Shown here: positions 48,557-60,231 of the stretch, in pieces
How positions within the stretch are numbered: the first letter of the stretch is position 1
How the letters are laid out: each line of letters starts with the position of its first letter
Origin: Candidatus Cloacimonadales bacterium
GTDB lineage: Bacteria > Cloacimonadota > Cloacimonadia > G963667145
Length of the DNA stretch: 64,000 nucleotides
Direction: 5' to 3'
Assembly: GCA_965140615.1 (NCBI GenBank)
Contig: OZ223280.1
Location: 72,450-136,449 of the forward strand
Program-made: the position numbers and the translations under genes
Notes under the pieces: model-generated
Seen by the model: the letters and a program-made list of their open reading frames with translations, nothing else
Database searches by the model: none
Told to the model about the DNA's origin: nothing

Positions 48557-50176
48557 CTATATACTCAAGCGTTTTAACGCCTTATCACCAACAATCTTCT
48601 CAAAGAAAAGCTTCACCAAGATAAGAGTAGAAAATAGAGAACCAACTATACCGATAGACAAAGTAACGGCAAACCCGCGAATAGGACCGCTACCAAACTT
48701 GTACAACACTGCCGCCGTTATCAAAGTGGTAACATTGGCGTCCATAATAATCCAAAAAGCTTTTTGGAAACCAGAAGAGATAGCAGAAGAGACAGGTCTA
48801 TCCAAATCTAGCTCTTCTCTGATCCTTTCAAAGATGAGCACACAGCCATCTACTGCCATGCCTATGGTAAGTACGATACCCGCAATACCCGGCATCGTCA
48901 GAGTTGCACAGAACATCGTTAAAGACATCAAAATAAACAAAATATTAGCTACAACAGCTACTATCGCCAATATACCTGACAACTTGTAGTAGAAAATCAT
49001 AAACAACAAGATGGCTGCCAATCCCAAAACTCCCGCTAAAAATCCTGCCTTGATGCTGTCCGCACCCAAAGTAGGACCAACAGAGCGACGCTCCAAGATA
49101 GTTACAGGTGCCGGCAGATTACCAGCCCGCAAAACGATTACCAAGTTTTGCACCTCTTCCATACTCATACTGCCAGTAATGCTGGCTTTGCCATCGGCTA
49201 TGCGAGAGTTGATAGTCGGAGCCATATACACTATGCCGTCCAGAACGATTGCCAATCTCTTGTGGAAGTTGTCCGCCGTTATGTTGGCAAATTTCTTCGC
49301 CCCTTGGGAGTCAAATTCCAAAGAGACATAAGGCTCGTTTGTCTGAATACCACCCACATCTTGTCCAACTCTGACATCTGCAGATTTTAGATATTTACCC
49401 GAAAGTTGCACCTTCTTTTCCAGAAAAAACAGAGGGGTATAATCGGCTATGTCGTTTTGGTCTAACTGAACTTTCCCCAGATTAAAACTATACTGGCTAG
49501 GCAATAGCTCAGCCACTTTCTTATTGGATAAAACTTTTTTTAGCAGTTCCACATTTTCTTGAGCCACCACTAAGTTATTGGCTCCTTGATAATTAACCAA
49601 AGCAGAGAAAAGTCTTTTGTATTTGCTATCATCTTGCGACTCCTCTTCTTGCTCATCGCCCAACACCGACTCGGCTAAGCTCTCGTCTTCGCCCACCATC
49701 TTGTCCGTAAGTTCCTTGAAATCTTGGCTATTAGCTTGTAGGTAGTTGTCTATCTTCTCGATAATATTCCCAAGCTCTTGGCTATCGCCTAAGAGTTGGA
49801 ACTCCAAAAGAGCTGTCTTGCCAATCAAGCTCTCGGCTCTCTGAAAATCTTTGACTCCCGGCAAACTCACGGCTATCCTATTGCTACCCACCCTCTGGAT
49901 GAGCGGCTCGGTTACTCCAAACTCGTCCACTCTGTTGCGAATAATCTCCAACGATGTTTCTACCACTTGGTTTTCTTGCTCCTTAGAAATCCCAGCACTT
50001 TCACTATCCACCCCCAAAACCAGCCTCATACCTCCTTGCAAATCTAAACCAAGATTGAGCTTTTTGGAAGTAAAACCTTTACCAGCAACATTCGGAAAAA
50101 GCAGTGGCACCAAATAGTAAACGATAGCTAAAACCACTATCGCAACTACAGTAAATCTAAACTTACCTTTTTTCAT
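48557..50176 (-). CDS. secD: protein translocase subunit SecD
   Basis: 539 aa; GLDLQGG motif; large periplasmic domain plus C-terminal RND-like TM bundle. Confidence 0.9.
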   Translation of the reverse strand: MKKGKFRFTVVAIVVLAIVYYLVPLLFPNVAGKGFTSKKLNLGLDLQGGMRLVLGVDSESAGISKEQENQVVETSLEIIRNRVDEFGVTEPLIQRVGSNRIAVSLPGVKDFQRAESLIGKTALLEFQLLGDSQELGNIIEKIDNYLQANSQDFKELTDKMVGEDESLAESVLGDEQEEESQDDSKYKRLFSALVNYQGANNLVVAQENVELLKKVLSNKKVAELLPSQYSFNLGKVQLDQNDIADYTPLFFLEKKVQLSGKYLKSADVRVGQDVGGIQTNEPYVSLEFDSQGAKKFANITADNFHKRLAIVLDGIVYMAPTINSRIADGKASITGSMSMEEVQNLVIVLRAGNLPAPVTILERRSVGPTLGADSIKAGFLAGVLGLAAILLFMIFYYKLSGILAIVAVVANILFILMSLTMFCATLTMPGIAGIVLTIGMAVDGCVLIFERIREELDLDRPVSSAISSGFQKAFWIIMDANVTTLITAAVLYKFGSGPIRGFAVTLSIGIVGSLFSTLILVKLFFEKIVGDKALKRLSI

Positions 50177-50213
50177 CTAAAATATTCTCCTTAATTTTGT
50201 AAGAGTTTGCCAG

Positions 50214-50603
50214 TCAAAGCTTTCGCTCCAACTCGTTTATCTTCTTGGAAATTCTGTTAACCTTAAATTCAATGGCGTTCAATATCCAAAATTGAAAATG
50301 GCTAACTTTCGTCTGTAAATGCATCATCCAAATCAGCTTTATGGACACCAAAAAAAGCCCTATTTCGATGGTGAGAACCCCAGACCAATTCTCGTAAATA
50401 AAAAGGTTTTTGTACAAATCGAGCAAAAAAAGAACAATCACAGTAGCTATGAAGAGAGTCATCGTTCCCTTGGAAATATTACCCGTCTTGCCACCAATCT
50501 GCCCCAACATATTGCGAAGCTTCTCTTTCTCGTTTTTGTAAGAAGCTAGCTCTTCCCGCAACTGTTCAAACTCTTGGCTTATGCAATCTTCTTTTTTAGT
50601 CAT
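50214..50603 (-). CDS. small hypothetical membrane protein (N-terminal coiled-coil, 2 TM) translationally coupled to atpC
   Basis: 129 aa; its start overlaps the atpC stop (ATGA); no family assigned by eye. Confidence 0.4.
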   Translation of the reverse strand: MTKKEDCISQEFEQLREELASYKNEKEKLRNMLGQIGGKTGNISKGTMTLFIATVIVLFLLDLYKNLFIYENWSGVLTIEIGLFLVSIKLIWMMHLQTKVSHFQFWILNAIEFKVNRISKKINELERKL

Positions 50604-51001
50604 CCTCTTTGCACGGCGTCCAATCGGGCAATAGCTCTTCTCAGAGCATACTCCGCTCTGCGAACATCAAGCTCGAGGCTATTGCTGTCTAAATGCTTTT
50701 GAGCTCTATTCTTGGCACGAGTGGCACGATCTTTATCTATATCCACACTACTCTCTAGTCCATCACAAGCTATCTTCATCTTACCAGAGTCTATAAAAAC
50801 AAAACCGTCGTGGATAGCAAACACCCTTGGATCTTGATTTTGTTTTTTGTAAAGTCTTAACACACCAGGTCTTAACTTGGTAATAAAAGGGGTGTGCTCA
50901 GCCAGTACACCAAAATCTCCTTCGGCTCCAGGAGCTACGATATATTCGAACTCTTCGTGCAGGTACTCTCCACAAGGTTGCACTATAGTAAGCTCTATCA
51001 T
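50600..51001 (-). CDS. atpC: F0F1 ATP synthase subunit epsilon
   Basis: 133 aa; beta-sandwich N-domain (IVAPGAEGDFGVLAEHTP) and C-terminal helical hairpin. Confidence 0.85.
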   Translation of the reverse strand: MIELTIVQPCGEYLHEEFEYIVAPGAEGDFGVLAEHTPFITKLRPGVLRLYKKQNQDPRVFAIHDGFVFIDSGKMKIACDGLESSVDIDKDRATRAKNRAQKHLDSNSLELDVRRAEYALRRAIARLDAVQRG

Positions 51002-52393
<1,392 letters not shown>

Positions 52394-52467
52394 TTACTAT
52401 CCCCCAATTCTAAGTTTTCGACAAATATTTATCTCAAAATATCTTATCAATAGTTTTTTGCGTTTTT

Positions 52468-53205
52468 TTACAAGTTTTCCAAAACCTCGTCCGAAATCTC
52501 AAAATTGGCGTACACTTTTTGCACATCGTCGCAATCTTCCAATTTGTCGATTAAGTTCAAGAGCTTCTCGGCAACTTCGTCCGCGTTCACAGTGTTCTTT
52601 GGGATCTTAGTCAGCTCGAACTTCACTACCTCGAACCCTGCGGACTTAAGAGCGTCTGCCACGGTGTGCAACTCTTTGAAGTCCGTGTAGACCACTATCT
52701 GCTCGTCCTCTATCTCTATGTCCTGAGCTCCGCACTCCAACACCTGCAACATCAACTCGTCTTCGTCCATATCGCTGTTGATGGTTATCTCCCCTTTGGA
52801 GTCGAACACCCACGCCACAGCACCGCTTTCGGCTAAGTTGCCCCCATACTTGGAGAAAATGTGCCGTACATCTGCCACCGTGCGGTTACGGTTGTCCGTA
52901 AGGCACTCCACGATGATAGCCACACCTGCTTGCCCATAACCTTCGTAGACTATCTCTTCGTAATTGACGCCGTCGCTCTCGCCTGTGCCCCTCTTGATAG
53001 CTTTATCCACATTGCTTGTGGGCATATTCGCAGCCTTAGCAGCCATCACAGCTGTCCGCAAGCGAGGATTAGAAGTTTCGTCTCCTCCACCTTGACGAGC
53101 AGCCACAGTTATCTCTTTTATCAGCTTTGTGAAAAGTTTTGCTCTTTTTTTGTCCGCAGCTCCCTTTTTGTGCTTAATGGAACTCCATTTATTGTGTCCT
53201 GACAT
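52468..53205 (-). CDS. yebC: YebC/PmpR-family probable transcriptional regulatory protein
   Basis: 245 aa; N-terminus [28 protein letters not shown] typical of YebC. Confidence 0.9.
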   Translation of the reverse strand: MSGHNKWSSIKHKKGAADKKRAKLFTKLIKEITVAARQGGGDETSNPRLRTAVMAAKAANMPTSNVDKAIKRGTGESDGVNYEEIVYEGYGQAGVAIIVECLTDNRNRTVADVRHIFSKYGGNLAESGAVAWVFDSKGEITINSDMDEDELMLQVLECGAQDIEIEDEQIVVYTDFKELHTVADALKSAGFEVVKFELTKIPKNTVNADEVAEKLLNLIDKLEDCDDVQKVYANFEISDEVLENL

Positions 53206-53290
53206 AGTTCGTTAATTTCTCCTTAAAATATTTCTCTCACTGTAGCAAATTAAGGTAAGAAAGGGCGAAAGGCAACCAGCTGTCAAATAG

Positions 53291-53385
53291 TTTCTCTTAA
53301 TTAAAGAGAACTTTATAACTCCAAAATATACTCTGCTCAAATTCTTGCCAGTCTCTTAATTCTAGAAGAGTCTAAGCAGAGTATT
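53291..53385. promoter_or_regulatory. intergenic palindromes: perfect 7-bp-arm palindrome TTCTCTT-AATTA-AAGAGAA (53291-53309) and a 10-bp inverted repeat ATACTCTGCT...AGCAGAGTAT (53328-53385)
   Basis: Seen directly in the 193-bp spacer between the tnaA stop and the yebC start. Could be a tnaA terminator and/or a yebC operator. Confidence 0.3.
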
Positions 53386-53398
53386 GCTTTTCTTACAA

Positions 53399-54778
53399 CT
53401 ATTTTATCGGCTTAAGCCTTGCAGTGAAGTGCCGTAAAACCGATGGCTCGTAGTCGAACTCAAACCCCTTGAGCTTCTGAGCATCATTGGCTACCTCTAT
53501 TACCGTCTGAGCGATGTATCGCATATGGTTGTCCGTGTAGACTCGCCGTGGGATAGTCAGTCGCATAAGCTCTAGATCGGACTGCAGGTTCTCACCTGTG
53601 AGAGGATCGCGTCCCAACAAAAACGAGCCAATCTCCACAGGGCGGACTCCTCCTTGCAAATATACTGCATTACAGACAGCCTGAGCAGGGAACTGATGAA
53701 AAGGGATTTGAGGACAAATCTTGGCACAATCGACAAAAACGGCGTGTCCCCCTGTTGGGTATTGGATAGGCACACCAGCATCTTTTAGCAAATCTCCCAA
53801 AAATTTTACCTGTCCAATGCGAGATTGCAAATAGTCGTACGCAATCCCCTCTTTCAAGCCGATAGCTACAGCCTCCATATCTCTACCATTGAGCCCACCA
53901 TAAGTTGGAAAACCCTCCATAGGTACAAGGTACGACCGACAAGCGTCGTAAAGCTCACTGTTCTCCTTAATCCCTATAAATCCACCCATATTCACAATAG
54001 CGTCTTTTTTAGCTGAGCAAGTCAGGCAATCGCCATAAGAGTACATCTCTTTAACTATCTCAGCGATAGATTTGTTCTTGTAATTGGGCTCTCTTTGCTT
54101 GATGAAGTAGGCGTTTTCGGCAAACCGTGCCGAATCGAACACAACTGGCACTTTGTTCTTCTTGGCGAGCTTACTCACCGCCTTGATGTTTTCCATAGAC
54201 ACAGGCTGTCCACCACTAGAGTTGCAAGTGATTGTAATGATAATTGCAGCTATATTCTCTGCACCTTTTTCGGAAAACAGCTCCTCTAGTTTTGCCAAGT
54301 CAAAGTTGCCTTTCCAATCGTCGTAGGTTACAGTGTCTAGTGCCGCAGGGGTGATAGCGTTAATAGCCACGCCTCCGCATAGCTCTACATGAGCCTTGGT
54401 GGTGTCGAAGTGCATATTGCTGATGAAGTAGTCGCCCTTCTTCTTTAGTAGCTGAGGAAAGAGTATCTGCTCTGCCCCTCTACCTTGATGCGTAGGGATA
54501 ATGTACTGGTAACCAAAGACATTGCGAACAGATTCTTGCAGATGGTAGAAGTTGCGACTGCCTGCATAGGACTCATCGCCAAGCATCATTCCAGCCCATT
54601 GTCTATCGCTCATAGCTCCTGTGCCGCTGTCTGTCAGCAAGTCGATAAAAACTTCTTCCGCTCTCAGTGAAAAAGGGTTGTAGCCCGCTTTCACTAGGGC
54701 TTTCTCTCTGGATTTACGGTCGATTCTGTGTAATGTTTCTACCATTTTTATTTTGAACGGTTCGGGTATAATTTTCAT
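53399..54778 (-). CDS. tnaA: tryptophanase / tyrosine phenol-lyase (PLP beta-eliminating lyase family)
   Basis: Start at MKIIPEPF. Strong similarity along the length to E. coli TnaA and Citrobacter TPL ([27 protein letters not shown]-lysine region, GRDPLTG). The tracked ORF has 15 extra N-terminal codons. Confidence 0.85.
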   Translation of the reverse strand: MKIIPEPFKIKMVETLHRIDRKSREKALVKAGYNPFSLRAEEVFIDLLTDSGTGAMSDRQWAGMMLGDESYAGSRNFYHLQESVRNVFGYQYIIPTHQGRGAEQILFPQLLKKKGDYFISNMHFDTTKAHVELCGGVAINAITPAALDTVTYDDWKGNFDLAKLEELFSEKGAENIAAIIITITCNSSGGQPVSMENIKAVSKLAKKNKVPVVFDSARFAENAYFIKQREPNYKNKSIAEIVKEMYSYGDCLTCSAKKDAIVNMGGFIGIKENSELYDACRSYLVPMEGFPTYGGLNGRDMEAVAIGLKEGIAYDYLQSRIGQVKFLGDLLKDAGVPIQYPTGGHAVFVDCAKICPQIPFHQFPAQAVCNAVYLQGGVRPVEIGSFLLGRDPLTGENLQSDLELMRLTIPRRVYTDNHMRYIAQTVIEVANDAQKLKGFEFDYEPSVLRHFTARLKPIK

Positions 54779-54957
54779 TTTTTCTCCTAAAATTTCAAAT
54801 TTAAAAAAACAAAACAGTAGCAATTTCCAAAATTGAAGATTGCTAAAGAACTAGCGTGCATAACAAGCTACACGCTCCCAAACCACATTTAGATGTAGTC
54901 AGGCACAACCCGATAAGTCTCCTTTGCATATTTGCTGAAATGAAAAAAAATCATATC

Positions 54958-55917
54958 TTATTTTTGTAAGTATTTATCAACATAATCTTTCACTGCCTCT
55001 TGTAAAGGGGTGAATTTGAATTTTGGCAACACTGCCAAGAGTTTGCTCATCTGTGCCTTTGTGTAGTATTGATAAGAGCCTTTGAGCTTGTCGGGCATAG
55101 GAAAGTACTCTATCTGCTTTTTTTTGCCAGTGGCAATAAACAACGCTTCTGCCAAGTCGTTCCAAGAGTGTGCCACACCTGTACCCATATTGTACAAGCC
55201 ACCAGCACGCTTGTGTTCTGCCAAGTCGCACACTGCTTTGGCACAATCTTTCACATAGACAAAATCCCTTTTTTGCTCTCCATCTGCATAATCATGACTG
55301 TCTGAGGCGAAAAGCTGTATCTTACCCATTTTTTCTATTTGTTGATAGCCACGGTACGCCATCGAGACCATCGAACCTTTGTGGTCTTCCAAAGGTCCAA
55401 ATACATTGAAAAATTTCAGACCGATAGCTTTTGACCAATAGTTGTTTCTCTCCAGCCAAGTGTCAAAAAGTTGCTTGGAGTAGCCATAGCGATTGATGGG
55501 ACGCAAGCGGAAAATATCATCTTTGTCGTCAAATCCCATAGCTCCATCACCATAAGTAGCCGCCGAGGAGGCGTAAACAAAGGGCACGCTATGCTCGTTT
55601 GCCAGATTGAACATCAACTGCGAGTAGTGCAGGTTATTTTTCATCAAGTAGTCCATATTTTCTTCCGTAGTTGCCGAGCAAGCTCCCATATGGATTACAG
55701 ACTTTATTTTGCCAAAATAGTGGAAGTCTTGGTTTATCAAATCGTAAAACTCTTGTTTGTTGAAATAGTTCTCAAACTGGCAACCTAGCAAGTTTTTCCA
55801 CTTCTGGCTAGTGCCAAGATTGTCCACCACTATGATATCCGAAAGTCCTCTATCGTTTAATTCCCGCAGGATGTTTGCCCCGATAAATCCAGCTCCTCCA
55901 GTCAAAATCGTGTACAT
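54958..55917 (-). CDS. hldD: ADP-L-glycero-D-manno-heptose-6-epimerase
   Basis: 319 aa; Rossmann GGAGFIGAN; close match to E. coli HldD/RfaD throughout (YASSAATYG, YGYSK, GSMVSMAY). Confidence 0.85.
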   Translation of the reverse strand: MYTILTGGAGFIGANILRELNDRGLSDIIVVDNLGTSQKWKNLLGCQFENYFNKQEFYDLINQDFHYFGKIKSVIHMGACSATTEENMDYLMKNNLHYSQLMFNLANEHSVPFVYASSAATYGDGAMGFDDKDDIFRLRPINRYGYSKQLFDTWLERNNYWSKAIGLKFFNVFGPLEDHKGSMVSMAYRGYQQIEKMGKIQLFASDSHDYADGEQKRDFVYVKDCAKAVCDLAEHKRAGGLYNMGTGVAHSWNDLAEALFIATGKKKQIEYFPMPDKLKGSYQYYTKAQMSKLLAVLPKFKFTPLQEAVKDYVDKYLQK

Positions 55918-55941
55918 TTTTTTCGCTCCATTTTGTTTCGT

Positions 55942-56535
55942 TTAAGTTAATTTTTGCAAAATTTCTTCTTGAGTTTTGTCGCTTATTCGCAAAGCGTTGT
56001 CATAACAATCTTTAGCTTTGCTTGTCCAAATATCACAAAACTGCTGATCTTTTATATGCTTTATATTTACCAACACATTGAAATAACAACTCTTTGCTGC
56101 TGCTTCCAGCCCAAAAACTGCCACGGCCAAATCGCTAATCAGATTAGCATTGGTGGTGTCAAGCAAGCTCTGCACCAACTCCAAAGTACGCAAAGCTAAC
56201 TCTAGCCCTAAGTATGGCGGTTGCAGTGCCGCTTGCAGTGCTTTTTGTATCTCACGGCGTCGCTCATCGCCTTTGGGCAAAGCGTAAGCTTTTGCTACCA
56301 CCTGAAAAACTTGCTCATCTTTTTCTTTAAGGGTCAAGAACTCTTCTGCAAAGCGAAGCAACGCCTGCTTTGTTTCTTGATTAGCCTCTTCGTATTGGTG
56401 ATATTTTTTCTTGCCAATGGTGAGGTTTAGCACCATCTGAGCTGCTGCTAAGCCAATAGCCCCTATCACACATCCAGCAGAACCACCACCGGGAGTAGGT
56501 GCTTTACTAGCCAGCTGAGATATAAAATCTTTCAC
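55942..56535 (-). CDS. cyclodeaminase/cyclohydrolase domain protein (FTCD C-terminal-like, putative methenyl-THF cyclohydrolase)
   Basis: 197 aa; N-terminal PTPGGGSAG motif characteristic of the formiminotransferase-cyclodeaminase C-domain. Confidence 0.7.
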   Translation of the reverse strand: MKDFISQLASKAPTPGGGSAGCVIGAIGLAAAQMVLNLTIGKKKYHQYEEANQETKQALLRFAEEFLTLKEKDEQVFQVVAKAYALPKGDERRREIQKALQAALQPPYLGLELALRTLELVQSLLDTTNANLISDLAVAVFGLEAAAKSCYFNVLVNIKHIKDQQFCDIWTSKAKDCYDNALRISDKTQEEILQKLT

Positions 56536-56562
56536 TTACATCTTTCCTTTTTATTACAAAAT

Positions 56563-58044
56563 TTATAATCTTGAGCAAATTTTTGTTAGCTTTTGGCTTT
56601 TAAACAAAATCCCTGCGACAAAGAATAAAGCCAAAACAACGAAAATCCATTCGTAGTTCATCTTAGAATACAAAGAGTCTGTATCGCTCAGATACAATTT
56701 ATCTATAATTATGTCCTCTTCAAACAACTCGGATTTTTGCAAAAGTTCTCCAGTGGGCAAAACTATACATGAGTATCCCGTATTGGCACATCTGTAAATG
56801 CTGCGTCTGAGCTCAATTGCTCTAAAAATTGCCATTTGCATATGCTGCACAGTTCCTATCGACCTGCCAAACCAAGCATCGTTGGTGATGTTTATAACGA
56901 AATCTGCTTTAGCTAGCTTGCGTAGATGCCTCGGAAAAGCTATCTCGTAGCAAATAACAGGCGAATAAGTGTGCTTACCCAAACGGTATGACTGCGTTTT
57001 TTTACCATATTCCCAGTTGGCTTGCCCTAACTTCAAGTTCCACAAAAACGGGAAGATGTCTAAAAATGGGACTCTTTCCCCCAAAGGCACCAAGATATTT
57101 TTGCTATATTTTTGATAAATTTTACCCGTGGTGTCCACTTTGGAACAAGAGTTGGTATACTCTACCCGCTGGGGTGTGATGCGATAATCCAAAAATCCTA
57201 AGAAGATATCCCCTTTTAGTTTTTGAGAGATATCGATAATCTGCTTTGCCATTTTTTTGTTGTGCAAGGGAAAGTCCATAATCGCACTCTCGGGAAGCAA
57301 CGCCAAATCAATACTATCGCCTCTTAGGCTAGCTATCTGCCGATTATAAACTTTCAACATTCTAGCGTTGCCATATACGCTATGCTTTAATTTTAGAGGG
57401 ATATTTGGTTGCAAGATAGCAATTTTTTGCTGAGTAGTTTTTACTTTTATAGACTGGTAAAGATACAAGCCCAAACAAGACCAGCTTAGCAAAAGAGAAA
57501 ACAAAATCCACAAGTATTTATGCCTTTTGGTCTCAATGTAAGAAAACACGCAATAGTTGGCAGTTATAATCCCCAAAGACAAGATACTCATCCCTCCCCA
57601 AGATGCTAACTGTATCAGATAAAGGTAGTTGGCTAAGCAGTAGCCCAAAGACATCCAAGGAAAAGCCAGCTCTGTGTAGTTCATAAAAAGTTCCAAAGAA
57701 AGCCAAAAAACCAGAAAAGATAGCAAACGAAGTTTGGGAAATTTTTGCCAACTTTTTTTAATTAAGAAAAAAATCAGTGTAAAATAAAGAACAAAAAATA
57801 AAATTATGCCAAGATAGCCCCAAAAAGTTACATAAGCTATCCAGTAAAGATAAACGCCGTTGAAGCAAACGCTAAAAAGAAAAGAGCCTCTCCAAAGATT
57901 TTGCTTATCTTTTGCCAGCCAAAAAAACAGTGGCACAAATCCCACAAAAGCCAAAAACTCTATTCCTATATCCATCCTAGTGATAGCCAAAATTAGTCCT
58001 GAGAGCACAGGAAGCCAAGTGGTTTTATGAACTTTAGTAAACAT
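56563..58044 (-). CDS. lnt: apolipoprotein N-acyltransferase Lnt
   Basis: 493 aa; N-terminal multi-TM region then a CN-hydrolase domain with the catalytic Cys in the ICYEIAFP context. Confidence 0.8.
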   Translation of the reverse strand: MFTKVHKTTWLPVLSGLILAITRMDIGIEFLAFVGFVPLFFWLAKDKQNLWRGSFLFSVCFNGVYLYWIAYVTFWGYLGIILFFVLYFTLIFFLIKKSWQKFPKLRLLSFLVFWLSLELFMNYTELAFPWMSLGYCLANYLYLIQLASWGGMSILSLGIITANYCVFSYIETKRHKYLWILFSLLLSWSCLGLYLYQSIKVKTTQQKIAILQPNIPLKLKHSVYGNARMLKVYNRQIASLRGDSIDLALLPESAIMDFPLHNKKMAKQIIDISQKLKGDIFLGFLDYRITPQRVEYTNSCSKVDTTGKIYQKYSKNILVPLGERVPFLDIFPFLWNLKLGQANWEYGKKTQSYRLGKHTYSPVICYEIAFPRHLRKLAKADFVINITNDAWFGRSIGTVQHMQMAIFRAIELRRSIYRCANTGYSCIVLPTGELLQKSELFEEDIIIDKLYLSDTDSLYSKMNYEWIFVVLALFFVAGILFKSQKLTKICSRL

Positions 58045-59743
58045 TTAAATCCTTCAAATATCCTTGGATAGAGACTTTATCCTGCCAATAGTTGAAATCC
58101 AAAGAGTAAACTGCCTCCACTTTGGAGTTGTAGCTCAGCTTTTTTTGGTAATCACCCAGACCAAAGCCAATGAAGTTTAGCTCTTTTTGTCCATCGGTTA
58201 GCTTTACTTGCAGATGGTTTTGCCCCACTATGCGAGCACTGCCTACTATAGACAAGCCTTGGGAATAGAACACGGGCTTATGATTGCCCGGACCATAGGG
58301 TGATAGCCTTGAGAGCATCTGTACAAATCTATTGTCTATCTGCTCCAGCCTCAGCTCGGCGTCCACCTTATAGATGGGTTTAACCATCTCTTGTGTCAGG
58401 TTAACACTGGTGTACTCCTGTAACCTTGCCTCGAACTTTGGTAAGAACTCTTTGAGCATACTCAGCCCAGCTGCATATCTGTGTCCGCCAAATCCTTGCA
58501 AGAACTCGCTACCGCCCTTGATAGCTTGAGCAATGTTAAAGCCTGCCACACTGCGAGCCGAACCCCTTAGCACTCCGTTCTCTTCTCCCAACACTATCAC
58601 AGGACGACGATAGTTCTCCACCAACTTAGACGCTACTATTCCGATAATCCCCACATGCCAGCTTGGATCACTCACCACAAGAGTTCTAAGTGCCTGTGAG
58701 TCTGGGTACTTATTTGCAATCTGCAAACACGCCTCTTGATAAATCTCGTCTTGCTCGTTTCTGCGGACGGTGTTCAGCTCCTCTAGTTCATGCACAATTT
58801 TGCTTATTTCCTCTTTGTCTTCACTCAAAAAGAGCCTCACAGCTTGCAAAACATTGCCCATACGCCCAGCAACATTTATGCGGGGAGCGATATTAAAAAC
58901 GATATTAGCAGAGCTTAAGTTCTCTGGTGTCATCCCACAACCCTCTATCAAGGCGGTAAGCCCTTTGTTAAAGCGGTTTTTAATAGATAGCAAGCCAACT
59001 CTCGCCATGGTTCTATTTTCCTCCACCAGAGGCACGATGTCGGCGATAGTCCCAAGGCAGACAAAAATCAGATAAGGATAAAGGTGCTTAACCAAATCGA
59101 CCTCTAGTAGCTGGCACACACCGCTAAGCAGTTTAAAGGCAACACCGACGCCCGCAAGGTACTTGCACGGGTATCCGCTATCCTCCAGCTGTGGATTGAG
59201 GATTGCCCCTGCCAAGGGCAACTCGCCCTGCGGGAGGTGGTGATCGGTAATTATCACCTCAACCCCAGCGGCTACTAGGCGAGCCACCTGCTCCACTGCC
59301 GAAACACCGCAATCCACGGTGATTAACAGCTCAGGAGGGTCTCTCAAAATAGTGTCCACACACCCACTGCTAAGACCATAGCCGTCTTGCAAACGGTCAG
59401 GAATGAAAAAATCTACCTTCGCTCCCAAACCTAAAAGCCCCTTGTAAAGCACCGTAACAGAAGTAACCCCATCAACATCAAAATCACCATAAATTAAGAT
59501 TTTTTTTTGGGTTTTTATGGCTTTAATCACCGTTTGGGTAGCTTTTTTCATCTGCAAAAAAAGGAAAGGATCTAAAAGATCTTTTACTTTGGGACTCAAA
59601 AAAGATTTGGCTCTAGCAAGGGAATCTACCCCTAGATTTAAAAGAATTTGAGCAAACTGTTGCTCACAAGAAAGCTCCCTTTCTAGCTCTTCACACAATC
59701 TCTTGTTTTCTTTGGCTGGAGACAATATCCAAGACGACTTCAT
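58034..59743 (-). CDS. recJ: single-stranded-DNA-specific exonuclease RecJ
   Basis: 569 aa; DHH motifs (DFDVDGVTS, ITDHH), DHHA1 domain (GGHRYAAG), OB-fold C-terminus. Confidence 0.9.
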   Translation of the reverse strand: MKSSWILSPAKENKRLCEELERELSCEQQFAQILLNLGVDSLARAKSFLSPKVKDLLDPFLFLQMKKATQTVIKAIKTQKKILIYGDFDVDGVTSVTVLYKGLLGLGAKVDFFIPDRLQDGYGLSSGCVDTILRDPPELLITVDCGVSAVEQVARLVAAGVEVIITDHHLPQGELPLAGAILNPQLEDSGYPCKYLAGVGVAFKLLSGVCQLLEVDLVKHLYPYLIFVCLGTIADIVPLVEENRTMARVGLLSIKNRFNKGLTALIEGCGMTPENLSSANIVFNIAPRINVAGRMGNVLQAVRLFLSEDKEEISKIVHELEELNTVRRNEQDEIYQEACLQIANKYPDSQALRTLVVSDPSWHVGIIGIVASKLVENYRRPVIVLGEENGVLRGSARSVAGFNIAQAIKGGSEFLQGFGGHRYAAGLSMLKEFLPKFEARLQEYTSVNLTQEMVKPIYKVDAELRLEQIDNRFVQMLSRLSPYGPGNHKPVFYSQGLSIVGSARIVGQNHLQVKLTDGQKELNFIGFGLGDYQKKLSYNSKVEAVYSLDFNYWQDKVSIQGYLKDLNVY

Positions 59744-59814
59744 TTGATTACCATAATTTATTTTAACATTTTAAAATCACGCTTTAACTTTAAGACAGAC
59801 ATAAGAAGTAATAT

Positions 59815-60220
59815 TCAAGGAGAAGATATTAAGCCGAATTTTGTGTTTGACCTAATTGGTCAAACTATCTCTATTTATCTAGGACAAACATCACTGCTTG
59901 CCTCCAGCTGCCTACCCGAGACCTTATGCGAAGCGAGCCACCTCATCAGTCCCCTATTTGGCATTGCACCGATCAAAGCTTCCCTGTCCAAAAGGTTCAC
60001 ACCATTTGCCGGTGGTCTCTTACACCACCATTTCACCCTTACCCAACATCCATTTAGCAATAAAAATTGATGGAATAGATGCTGAGCGGTATCTTTCTGT
60101 GGGGCTAGTTTCTTGTTACCAAGACTTCGTTTTAAGAAGTGATCTGCTCTGTGGTGTTCGGACTTTCCTTCGTAATCACTACGAAAGTAGTAACTACGGC
60201 AGAGATATTATCTTCTCCTT
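59815..60220 (-). ncRNA. rnpB: RNase P RNA (bacterial type A), rnpB
   Basis: The minus-strand sequence contains the universally conserved CR-I GAAGGAAAGTCCGAAC (P4 5' strand), the CR-II/III region GGGTAAGGGTGAAATGGTGGTGTAAGAGACCACC and the GCAATGCCAAATAGGGGACTGA region. It also has ACACAAAATTCGGCTTA (P4 3' strand) and a P1 pairing of GGAGAAGAT with ATCTTCTCC. Not present in the ORF track. Confidence 0.85.
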
Positions 60221-60231
60221 AAAAAATAAGG

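Noticed and set aside
54779-54957. Possible TnaC-like leader peptide upstream of the tryptophanase homologue
   Set aside because: Several 6-27-aa ORFs exist. None has a convincing RBS plus a conserved Trp...Asp...Pro arrangement like E. coli TnaC. It is kept only as a speculative note in the findings, not as a feature.
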